64,000 nt of DNA from an uncultured Clostridia bacterium (GTDB lineage Bacteria; Bacillota; Clostridia; TANB77; CAG-508): NCBI GenBank assembly GCA_944390975.1, contig CALXRX010000005.1, forward strand, positions 8,182 through 72,181, written 5' to 3'. The notes beneath the pieces were generated by a model, which saw only the letters and a list, made by a program, of their open reading frames with translations, was not told the origin of the DNA and ran no database searches. The position numbers were made by a program, and so were the translations under genes. Shown here piece by piece: positions 42,626-51,434 of this stretch. Position 1 is the stretch's first letter. Each line of letters opens with the position of its first letter.

Positions 42626-42871
42626 GAATGGACAGCAGGATATATAGAACTAGAAACAGGGAATTATCAAACATATGGAGGAAATCTAAAAAGGGAAAGT
42701 AACGAATACAAAAGTAAATATGCAGGTGTATCAGATAAAGATATAGACAATTACAACGAAATAGCAAATACAACTAGAAAAGGAGATGCGATATGGGAGA
42801 CTTCAAATAGCGGAAGTGGAAGTAATTCATGGAATGGAGGATACTCATGTTTCATGCATACTACTTGTTAA
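42626..42871 (+). pseudogene. internal fragment (~82 codons) of an FGE-domain paralog, truncated at both ends
   Basis: Homology begins at gaatggacagcaggatatata (EWTAGYI...) and ends inside the variable C-terminal region. The 3' end is fused directly to the conserved upstream module of paralog 4. Confidence 0.6.
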
Positions 42872-43020
42872 AAATTTTCAAGGTAAAACTTAAGAAAAAA
42901 GCAAAATATTATGCAAACAAGTGATAAATAAAAAACAACAAATTACTTGAAAGAGAAATAAAAAAGAGATATATAAGTACTTGAAAATAAAAATTAATAT
43001 AACAAAGTACGGAGGAAAAA

Positions 43021-44628
43021 ATGTTAAAACAAGAGAAAGGATCAATAACATTGTTTGTATTAATAGCAATGCTATTTTTTACAATATATCTAATAGGAAT
43101 GTATATATTAAGTACGAATAGCGAAAGTAGTCAAATAGAAGAAATGGCAAAAATAAAAGAAATATATGAAGAAGGAGTAAACAATATAGAAGATGTATAT
43201 GCCACATTAGAAAAAAGAGAAATAGAAAATAATGAAAAAGAAATAGCACTAGATGGAAGTTGGAGTAGCACAAATAAAGTAAATAAACCAAATTTAGAAA
43301 ATACAGGATTACAAGCAATAGTAATAAATGCTGATGGAACAACATCTACACCAGATAGTAAAAAAGAAAATTGGTATAGCTATGACGGAGTAGAAAATAA
43401 ATGGGCAAATGCCAAAACAGCAGATGGAAGCATGTGGGTATGGATACCAAGATATGCCTATAAAATAACATATAATGATGCAAGTGATAAATCACAAGGA
43501 GGAACAATAGATGTAGTATTCTTGCAAGGAACAAGTAATTTAGATAAAGATGGAAAAGATGTAACCCAAGAAAATTATATAGATGAAAAGGGAGCAACAG
43601 GAGCATATATAGTGCATCCAGCATTTGAAGATGGAAGTAGTACAGGATACCCAAATGGAGAATGGAGAAAAAAGATAGAAGGAATATGGGTAGCAAAATT
43701 TGAAGCAGGATACCAAGATGTAGATAAAGCAGTAGACTCAAATATAGGATATAGTACAATATATAGTTGGGAAATATCAGGAACGCCAACAGCAGATAGA
43801 ACAACATACTATTATGGAGAAAGAGAAATAGGAACAAAAATAAAATACCCAACATTTGTAGCAAACAAACCAAGTATAAATTATATTGGGGCAAGTGATA
43901 GTTATGACTTATGTAAGGATTTAACAAGCACAAATGCACCATATGGATTAAATGCAAACAAAGTAGATAGCCATTTAACAAAAAATAGTGAATGGGGAGC
44001 AGTAGCGTACCTAGCACATAGTAAATATGGAAGAAATGGACAAGAAGTAACAATAAACAATATAAATGTTAATGGCGACACTACAGCATATGCAGTAACA
44101 GGATATGGAGGAGAAAGTGCTAGTGTTGGAGGGGTAATAACAAATTTAACAGCAATAAAAAATAACCAAGTAGAAGGAAGTTGGACAACATCACAAGGGC
44201 AGAAAGCAAGTACTACAGGAAACATATATGGAATATATGACTTAAGTGGAGGACTGTGGGAATGGACAGCAGGATATATAGCACCAGAAACAGGAAACTA
44301 TCAAACCTATGGAGGAAGCTTAAAAGGAGAAAGTAATCAGTATAAAAGTAAATATGCAGGAGTATCTGCAACAGATGAAACAAATTACAAGGAAACTGCC
44401 AATATAAATAGAATTGGAGAAGCAATATGGGAAACATCAACAAGTGGAGCATGGCCAAGTACAACTGCATGGAATAGCGACTATACCTGTTTTGTAAGTA
44501 CAAGTCCATTCATTGTTCGTGGTGGAACTAGAATCGACAATTATGCTGCTGGTATGTTTTCGTTCGCTCGTGGTACCGGTTACAACGTTTTCGATGTTGG
44601 TTTCCGTTCAGTGCTTATAGTTGAATAG
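43021..44628 (+). CDS. paralog 4: pilin-like N-terminus plus FGE-sulfatase/CLec-fold protein with hypervariable C-terminus
   Basis: Same architecture. C-terminus ...VRGGTRIDNYAAGMFSFARGTGYNVFDVGFRSVLIVE. Confidence 0.7.
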   Translation: MLKQEKGSITLFVLIAMLFFTIYLIGMYILSTNSESSQIEEMAKIKEIYEEGVNNIEDVYATLEKREIENNEKEIALDGSWSSTNKVNKPNLENTGLQAIVINADGTTSTPDSKKENWYSYDGVENKWANAKTADGSMWVWIPRYAYKITYNDASDKSQGGTIDVVFLQGTSNLDKDGKDVTQENYIDEKGATGAYIVHPAFEDGSSTGYPNGEWRKKIEGIWVAKFEAGYQDVDKAVDSNIGYSTIYSWEISGTPTADRTTYYYGEREIGTKIKYPTFVANKPSINYIGASDSYDLCKDLTSTNAPYGLNANKVDSHLTKNSEWGAVAYLAHSKYGRNGQEVTINNINVNGDTTAYAVTGYGGESASVGGVITNLTAIKNNQVEGSWTTSQGQKASTTGNIYGIYDLSGGLWEWTAGYIAPETGNYQTYGGSLKGESNQYKSKYAGVSATDETNYKETANINRIGEAIWETSTSGAWPSTTAWNSDYTCFVSTSPFIVRGGTRIDNYAAGMFSFARGTGYNVFDVGFRSVLIVE

Positions 44629-44642
44629 AGAAATTTTATATA

Positions 44643-44680
44643 AATGGTAATATTGGGAAGAACTGGTATTACCATTTTTT
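44643..44680 (+). terminator. Rho-independent terminator (3' flank type b, copy 2)
   Basis: aatggtaatat / tattaccatt stem followed by T6. Confidence 0.6.
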
Positions 44681-44914
44681 ATGTAAGAAAATAAATATTG
44701 TATAATTTGAAATAGTAGTAGCATAATAATATTACGAAAAAGTTACGTTTACGGAAAAAATTCGTAATAAAATTAAATTTTGAGAGAAAAGAAATTATTT
44801 TAAATAAATTAATATGCATGTAAAAATACAACTTTTATAAAACATTCAAAACAATTAGATAATAAATAAAATCAAGAACAAATTTGTTCTTGATTTTATT
44901 TACTCAGTAAATTT

Positions 44915-45652
44915 CTATCCATGCCGAAAACTAAAATAATTGTTTTTAATACACCAATTTTCAATTTCTTCTCTATGCATGCGTTTAAACTCTTTATATG
45001 ATAAGTCTTTTATTGATTCATAATCAACTTCTTTAAAAATACAAGCACAATATCCTTTAAGAGCCTTTTCATATTCAAACTGCATTCGAAAATTTGTATC
45101 AAAGCACCAACCATTATTTACATATAACACATGCATTAAGGGGTTATGAAAGTAATGGACACCTATTACAACAAAAACCATCTTGCCTTTTTTTAAAGCT
45201 TTTAAAATATCAAAGCATGTAGGGTAACAATATCCTTCACATTCATCAGTCTTAATATTATAAAGTAAACTTTTGTCACTTAATTTGATTTTTTTAAAAT
45301 CACTTTTTTTAAGTGCTTTACCTTTACATGTATATATATGATAAAATAAAAAGTTAATGCATTTATAATATATTAAATATACTAATGTACCCAAACAACT
45401 ATCTTTTAAAAGTAAATAGATTACGTAATAAAAAATCAAAATAAAGCAAAGTACAATAAAATGTATTAAATTTGGTAATTTATAAAGTTCAAATTTGTAA
45501 TCAAGAAATACTAAAGGAATCATTATTATAAATATGTAAAAAATTACCACGCATAATGTTTCGACTTTAAAATGCTTCATTTTTGCATTCCGATAGAATT
45601 TTTTAAAAGTTTTCTGAGTTATTTCATCTTTTGTTTTTTCTAAAATTGTCAT
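44915..45652 (-). CDS. membrane protein, function unknown (two TM helices N-terminal, Cys-rich C-terminal half)
   Basis: 245-aa ORF with an AAGGAGG RBS on the minus strand. A bidirectional terminator hairpin lies at 44868-44898. Confidence 0.45.
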   Translation of the reverse strand: MTILEKTKDEITQKTFKKFYRNAKMKHFKVETLCVVIFYIFIIMIPLVFLDYKFELYKLPNLIHFIVLCFILIFYYVIYLLLKDSCLGTLVYLIYYKCINFLFYHIYTCKGKALKKSDFKKIKLSDKSLLYNIKTDECEGYCYPTCFDILKALKKGKMVFVVIGVHYFHNPLMHVLYVNNGWCFDTNFRMQFEYEKALKGYCACIFKEVDYESIKDLSYKEFKRMHREEIENWCIKNNYFSFRHG

Positions 45653-46002
45653 AAAATTACCTCCTTAAATTAATTTTTGGAGGTTGAAACCTCCAAGATA
45701 TGTATTCTTTTTGGTTTCTATAAATTAATACTTAACTATTATACCATAATTATGTCGATTTGCATATAATTTCCAAATTTTTTTATGCTAAAATATTTTG
45801 ATGATATGTTGCTAGTTTTATTTGTTATTCCAGCTAGTTTTTTGTGAGTCTTAAATTTATCCACTGATACCTTTCCAAAACGAAGTTTTGAAAGTGTCAT
45901 AGGGGGTTACATACTTTCTTGTCAAAATAAAGTTAAATAAATATATATAAGAAAAGAAATAGTCTATAATTGTAGATTATTTCTTTTTTTCTACACTAGG
46001 TT

Positions 46003-46035
46003 TTGACACAATTTTAACCAATTAAGTTGTACAAT
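46003..46035 (+). promoter_or_regulatory. spoIIG-type promoter: TTGACA, 21-22 nt spacer, TACAAT
   Basis: -35 at 46003-46008 and -10 at 46030-46035. An abnormally long spacer is the known hallmark of the Spo0A-activated spoIIG promoter. A TTTGACA 0A-box-like sequence overlaps the -35. Confidence 0.45.
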
Positions 46036-46075
46036 AAATAAACAATTAGTAATGTGAGTCGAGGAGGAAAAGTAG

Positions 46076-47005
46076 TTGACAATATATCTTGATGTAATAC
46101 TAATGGAAAATATGTGTATGAATTATATTATATTGTTTGCTACAGGATTAATTGGAAAAATGAAGATAAAGCAAATTAGAATTATTATTTCTAGTTTACT
46201 AGGAGGAATATATGCTATTTTATCTTTTGTTCCAATATTAGAAATCTATTCTAATTTTATATTAAAAATCATTTTATCAATTACAATGATTTACATTGCA
46301 TTTAATCCTAAAAATTTTAAACAAATGTTAAAAGAATTAATACTATTTTATCTAGTTTCGTTTGCTTTTGGTGGATGTGCATTTTGTCTACTATATTTCA
46401 TTAAACCACAAGACATATTAATGAGAAATGGATACTTAACAGGAACATATCCAATAAAAATAGCTTTTTTAGGAGGTATAGTAGGGTTTGTAATAGTAAA
46501 TATAGCATTCAAACTAGTGAAAAATAGAATATCTAAAAAAGATATGTTTTGTGATATAGAAATATATTTAAAACAAAAAAGTGTAACAATAAAAGCAATG
46601 ATAGATACAGGAAATTTATTAAAAGATCCAATAAGTGGTATGCCTGTTGTGGTGGTAGAAAAAAGAAAATTAGAAGAATTAATACCTAGAGAAATTATAG
46701 ATAATTTAAATGTAATATTAAAAGGAGATAATAAAGAATTAAATGAAGGAGAAGCAAGAGAGTTTTTACCCAAATTTAGAGTAATACCATTTTCATCTTT
46801 AGGTAAACAAAATGGAATATTATTAGGATTTATTGCAGATAAAATCATAATTAAACTAGATGAAAAGGAAAAAGAATTGAGCAAAATTATTGTGGGAATA
46901 TATGATAAATATTTAACAAAAAATGGAGCTTATACTGGTTTAGTTGGGTTAGATATTATAGAAAGGTGTGAGGAAAATGAATATTTTACAAATATTAAAA
47001 TCTAG
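46076..47005 (+). CDS. spoIIGA: sporulation sigma-E factor-processing peptidase SpoIIGA
   Basis: TTG start after GAGGAGG. N-terminal MTIYLDVI..., five TM helices and the catalytic IDTGN motif. Followed by sigE. Confidence 0.8.
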   Translation: MTIYLDVILMENMCMNYIILFATGLIGKMKIKQIRIIISSLLGGIYAILSFVPILEIYSNFILKIILSITMIYIAFNPKNFKQMLKELILFYLVSFAFGGCAFCLLYFIKPQDILMRNGYLTGTYPIKIAFLGGIVGFVIVNIAFKLVKNRISKKDMFCDIEIYLKQKSVTIKAMIDTGNLLKDPISGMPVVVVEKRKLEELIPREIIDNLNVILKGDNKELNEGEAREFLPKFRVIPFSSLGKQNGILLGFIADKIIIKLDEKEKELSKIIVGIYDKYLTKNGAYTGLVGLDIIERCEENEYFTNIKI

Positions 47006-47715
47006 TATTAATACTATATATGTTAAATATATAAATAAAGATTTAGAGGATATAGAAGAACTTCCAATATATTATATAGGAGGAAGCCAAACCTTGCCAC
47101 CTCCATTAGAAGTGAATGAGGAAGAAAAAATGTTAGAGGCATTATCTAAAGGAGATGACAAAGCAAGACAAACATTAGTAGAAAGAAATTTAAGATTAGT
47201 AGTATATATTGCTAAAAAATTTGAAAATACAGGAATAGGGATAGAAGATTTAATTTCAATTGGAACTATAGGGTTAATGAAAGCAGTTAATACATTCAAC
47301 ACAGATAAAAATATAAAACTCGCAACATATGCATCAAGATGTATAGAAAATGAAATATTAATGTATTTAAGAAGAAGCAATAAAATAAAACGGAGAAATA
47401 TCTATAGATGAGCCATTAAACCAAGATGGAGACGGAAATGAACTATTATTATCAGATATTCTAGGAACAGAAAATGATGTAACATCAAGAGCAATTGAAG
47501 ATGAAGTAGATAAAAGCCTTCTTAGAGCATCAATGCAAAAATTAAGTAATAGAGAAAAAAATATTATGGAATTACGTTTTGGTTTTATAAGTGGAAATGA
47601 AAAAACTCAAAAAGAAGTGGCTGATATGCTAGGAATTTCACAAAGTTACATATCAAGACTAGAAAAAAAGATTATAAATAAAATGAAAAAAGAAATAATG
47701 AGTAAAACAGGTTAA
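46977..47715 (+). pseudogene. sigE: RNA polymerase sporulation sigma factor SigE, reading frame interrupted by an apparent 1-nt insertion near 47390-47396
   Basis: The pro-sequence plus [13 protein letters not shown]...[39 protein letters not shown]...YLRRSNKIK is in frame 46977. The conserved continuation EISIDEPL...[11 protein letters not shown]...[12 protein letters not shown] is in the +1 frame (ORF 47533..47715). Confidence 0.6.
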
Positions 47716-47844
47716 TAAAAAAAGTGTCAAATATGGTCGGAGACTAATTGTATAGCATGTCTTTCTTTGGAAATAATATTTATATAGTAAGAAATTATAA
47801 ATTTTCTTTTATATAAATTGTGTTTCATAAAAGGAGGATATTTT

Positions 47845-48618
47845 GTGATTAGGAAAGTAGAAATAAGCAATGTAGATACATCTAAACTGCCAATTTTATC
47901 TAATAAAGAAAAGGATGAATTATTTCTTAAAATAAAACAAGGAGATTTAGAAGCAAGAGAAAAATTTATTAATGGAAATTTAAGATTAGTACTTAGTGTT
48001 TTACAAAGATTTAGTAGTAGAAGTGAGAATATGGACGACCTATTTCAAGTTGGATGTGTAGGACTTATAAAATCTATTGATAATTTTGATTTATCTTTAA
48101 ATGTTCAATTTTCCACATATGCTGTGCCAATGATTATTGGGGAAATTAGGAGATATCTTAGAGATAATAATCCAATACGTGTAAGTCGTTCAATTAGAGA
48201 TTTAGCATATAAAGCATTGCAAGCAAGAGAAAAACTTACAAAAGAACTTAGTAAAGAGCCAACAATAGAGCAAATTGCAAAAGAAATAGGAGTAAATAGA
48301 GAAGAAATTGTATTTAGTTTTGAAGCTATACAAGATCCGCTTTCTTTACAAGAGCCAGTTTTTAATGATGGAACAGAAAGTATTTATATAATGGATCAAG
48401 TTAAAGATAGCAAAAATACAGATGAAAAATGGGCAGATGTTATTACTATTGAACAAGCCATGAAAAAGCTAAGTGAAAGAGAAAAAATGATTATAAATAA
48501 AAGATTTTTTGATGGAAGAACACAAATGGAAGTTGCAAATGAAATTGGAATAAGTCAAGCACAAGTTTCAAGGCTAGAAAAAGATGCAATATATAGAATT
48601 AAAAAATTATATAAATAA
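47845..48618 (+). CDS. sigG: RNA polymerase sporulation sigma factor SigG
   Basis: GTG start after AGGAGG. VDTSKLP...NGNLRLVLSVLQRF...DLFQVGCVGLIKSIDNFD...FSTYAVPMIIGEIRRYLRDNNPIRVSRS is collinear with SigG. Confidence 0.85.
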   Translation: MIRKVEISNVDTSKLPILSNKEKDELFLKIKQGDLEAREKFINGNLRLVLSVLQRFSSRSENMDDLFQVGCVGLIKSIDNFDLSLNVQFSTYAVPMIIGEIRRYLRDNNPIRVSRSIRDLAYKALQAREKLTKELSKEPTIEQIAKEIGVNREEIVFSFEAIQDPLSLQEPVFNDGTESIYIMDQVKDSKNTDEKWADVITIEQAMKKLSEREKMIINKRFFDGRTQMEVANEIGISQAQVSRLEKDAIYRIKKLYK

Positions 48619-48752
48619 AAATTTACCCGTCTTTTAATATTAAATTTGTAAATATCTAAAGATGGGTAAAGATTAAAAAATATAAGCAAAATGAATAAAA
48701 AATGCATAGTAGAATATAATATTAATAATATAGAAAAAGGAGAAAATTACCA

Positions 48753-49046
48753 ATGTATGAAGAATTTGTAAAAGAACTTAAATTAATTGAAAGAAGCGAA
48801 GAGGAACTTAATGTGGAACTAATAAAAAGCATTATTAAAACAAAAATAGATTTAAAAAATGCTAATAAAAATTACGAATTTGCAGAAGGAGAATTAATAG
48901 ACTATTATTTATATCAAATTAAAGCAAATCAATCAAAATTAAACTATTTACTAAAAAAAGCGAAAAAAAATGGGATAATTATAGATATGATAAAAGAAAT
49001 TGAAATTAGAAAAGAAAAATATTTAGAAGATACAAATGCTGTATAA
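48753..49046 (+). CDS. small hypothetical protein (97 aa, Lys/Glu-rich helical)
   Basis: ORF with an AAAGGAGAAA RBS. Sits between sigG and bofA. Confidence 0.35.
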   Translation: MYEEFVKELKLIERSEEELNVELIKSIIKTKIDLKNANKNYEFAEGELIDYYLYQIKANQSKLNYLLKKAKKNGIIIDMIKEIEIRKEKYLEDTNAV

Positions 49047-49102
49047 TAAAAAACTAAGAATAATTGTCCAACTTTAATCATATTATTTTATAAAAGGACG
49101 AG

Positions 49103-49375
49103 GTGATTAAATTGGATACTAATAGTGTGATTATTTATATTGCATGTATTTTCTTTTTATTTTTATTTGGTAGAATATTTATACTACCGATACGAAGTAT
49201 ATTAAAATTAGTTTTAAATTCCATATTAGGTGGATTAGTAATATATTTAATAAACTTAATTGGAGGCTTGTTTTCATTTCATATAGGGTTAAATTACATA
49301 ACAGCAATAATAGCTGGAATATTGGGTGTTCCAGGAGTAATATTATTGGTCATACTAAAAATTTTCTTGGGATAA
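49103..49375 (+). CDS. bofA: pro-sigma-K processing inhibitor BofA
   Basis: 90-aa two-TM protein. ...LKLVLNSILGGLVIYLINLIGGLFSFHIGLNYITAIIAGILGVPGVILLVIL matches the BofA family. Confidence 0.7.
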   Translation: MIKLDTNSVIIYIACIFFLFLFGRIFILPIRSILKLVLNSILGGLVIYLINLIGGLFSFHIGLNYITAIIAGILGVPGVILLVILKIFLG

Positions 49376-49468
49376 TATAAAAAGCCTAATAAAAAAGTAT
49401 AAAATAATATAGAAATAATATAAAATAAAAAAGAAGCTACTCTAGAATAAGTAACTTCTTTTTTTGTA

Positions 49469-51310
49469 TTATTCAACTGTAACAGATTTTGCCAAATTTC
49501 TTGGCTTATCTACATCTAATCCTTTTTCTTTTGATATATAATAAGCAAATAATTGTAAAGGTATTACTGAAAGAATTGGTGAAATAAAAGGATTAGTTTT
49601 TGGTATATTTATTACCATATCATAATTTTTATTTTCTAAATCTTGATTTGTAATAATTAAAGTTTTAGCACCACGAGTAATTACTTCTTGGATATTACTA
49701 ACAGACTTACTAACTAAGTTGTGGTCTGTAATTATACCTACAACTGTAATTCCATTTTCAATTAAAGCAATAGGGCCATGTTTTAATTCACCAGCAGCAT
49801 AAGCTTCTGAATGTATATAAGAAATTTCTTTTAATTTTAAAGATGCTTCTAAGGATACTGTATAATCAACGCCTCTTCCTAAAAAGAAAATATCTTTTTC
49901 AGTATAAACTTTTTTTGCAAATTCTTTAATATCTTCTATATTTTCTAATACAGTTTGAATTTTTTCTGGTAATAAAAGTAATTCATTTTTAATATCTTCT
50001 ATTTCATCTTTGCTACTAATGCCTAATACTTCTCCAAAATATAATGCTAATAAAGATAAAATTGTTACTTGAGATGTATAAGCTTTTGTAGATGCAACAG
50101 CAATTTCTGGACCGGCATGGGTATAAACTGTGAAATCTGCTTCTCTTGTAATAGAACTTCCAATTACGTTAGATATAGCTATTGTTTTGGCACCACAAGT
50201 TTTTGCAAGTTTTAAAGCTGCAAGAGTATCTGCTGTCTCACCAGATTGACTTATGTATATGCAAAGTGTTTTATTATCAATTAAAGGATTTCTATATCTA
50301 AATTCTGAAGCGATGTCAACAGTAACAGGAATTTTGCAAAGCTTTTCAATTAAAGGCTTTACAGCAAGGCCAGCATGCATAGCTGTACCACAAGCTACTA
50401 GATATATTTGATTTATACTTTCTAAATAATCTTTAGATAAATTTATATCATCAAAATTAACAGGAGTATTTGCTACTAATCTAGAGCCAATAGTTTCTCT
50501 TACTGTATGAGCCTGTTCAAATATTTCTTTTAACATATAATCTTCATAACCATTTTTTTCACTTAAAGCAGCATCCCAATCAATACTTTTAAGATCTTTG
50601 TCTATTTTAGATAAATTAATATCATAAAAATTAATTTTATTCTTGTATAATTCTACAATTTCATTATCATCTAAAAGATAAAAATTTTTAGTATAAGAAA
50701 GAATTGCTGGAATATCAGAAGCAATATAATTTTCGTTAATACCAGAGCCTATTACTAATGGGCTATCCTTTCTAGCAACTATCATTAAATCTGGATAATC
50801 TTTGCAAATTACTTCTATTGCATAACTTCCATTTAAGTCTTTACAAGCAGAACTTACAGCTCTTAAAAATCTTTTATCATCATTGTTTGTATCTTTACTA
50901 TAGTAATAATGAATTAAATTTGGGATAGTTTCAGTATCTGTTTGTGATAAAAAAGAATAACCAGCCTTTTCTAAAAAAAGTTTTAATTCTTGATAATTTT
51001 CAATAATTCCATTATGAACAACACTAAACATTTTGCTATTATCCATATGTGGATGAGAATTTTCTTTAGATGGCTTTCCATGAGTAGCCCATCTAGTATG
51101 TGCAATACCAATAGTTCCATTTAGATTATTAATTCCATCTAAATCATATAAATTTTTTACCCTACCAACATTTTTCATATTAGAAATATAATTATCTTCT
51201 AAAGTAGAAATACCAGCAGAATCATATCCTCTGTATTCTAATCTCATTAGCCCATCAATTAATATTGGGCAAGCTTTTTTTGTACCTATATAACCAACAA
51301 TTCCACACAT
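49469..51310 (-). CDS. glmS: glutamine--fructose-6-phosphate aminotransferase
   Basis: N-terminal MCGIVGYIG (Ntn Cys) and two SIS domains. 613 aa. Confidence 0.9.
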   Translation of the reverse strand: MCGIVGYIGTKKACPILIDGLMRLEYRGYDSAGISTLEDNYISNMKNVGRVKNLYDLDGINNLNGTIGIAHTRWATHGKPSKENSHPHMDNSKMFSVVHNGIIENYQELKLFLEKAGYSFLSQTDTETIPNLIHYYYSKDTNNDDKRFLRAVSSACKDLNGSYAIEVICKDYPDLMIVARKDSPLVIGSGINENYIASDIPAILSYTKNFYLLDDNEIVELYKNKINFYDINLSKIDKDLKSIDWDAALSEKNGYEDYMLKEIFEQAHTVRETIGSRLVANTPVNFDDINLSKDYLESINQIYLVACGTAMHAGLAVKPLIEKLCKIPVTVDIASEFRYRNPLIDNKTLCIYISQSGETADTLAALKLAKTCGAKTIAISNVIGSSITREADFTVYTHAGPEIAVASTKAYTSQVTILSLLALYFGEVLGISSKDEIEDIKNELLLLPEKIQTVLENIEDIKEFAKKVYTEKDIFFLGRGVDYTVSLEASLKLKEISYIHSEAYAAGELKHGPIALIENGITVVGIITDHNLVSKSVSNIQEVITRGAKTLIITNQDLENKNYDMVINIPKTNPFISPILSVIPLQLFAYYISKEKGLDVDKPRNLAKSVTVE

Positions 51311-51434
51311 AATTGCATAAACCTCCTAAAATAAAATATGCTTTTACATTGTCCGTGAACTTTAATAATAGTATATTACACCAAAAATCAAAAAGTAGCA
51401 AGTACAATACAAAAAATTAATAATCTTGCAAAAC

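Noticed and set aside
42626-42871. The 246-bp FGE-gene fragment as the missing DGR template repeat
   Set aside because: It aligns to the normal A-rich region upstream of the hypervariable segment and only the first few variable codons. It has ordinary codon usage, is in the same orientation as a simple deletion derivative, and its 3' breakpoint joins the upstream module of paralog 4. A recombination remnant fits better than a template repeat.
43346-44053. Long minus-strand ORFs (e.g. 235 aa at 43346..44053, 300 aa at 62776..63678, 150 aa at 21984..22436) rich in Leu/His/Phe/Tyr
   Set aside because: They lie antisense to well-supported genes (FGE paralog 4, recG, rpoD). They have no RBS, and their composition is the expected artefact of reading the complement of purine-rich AT-biased coding DNA.
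47533-47715. ORF 47533..47715 (60 aa) as an independent small gene
   Set aside because: It is the region 4 (HTH) end of sigE displaced into another frame by the apparent 1-nt indel, not a separate gene.
47818-47844. ATG at 47818 as the sigG start (MCFIKGGYF...)
   Set aside because: That ATG lies upstream of and overlaps the AGGAGG RBS. The GTG at 47845 is correctly spaced and gives the conserved SigG N-terminus.
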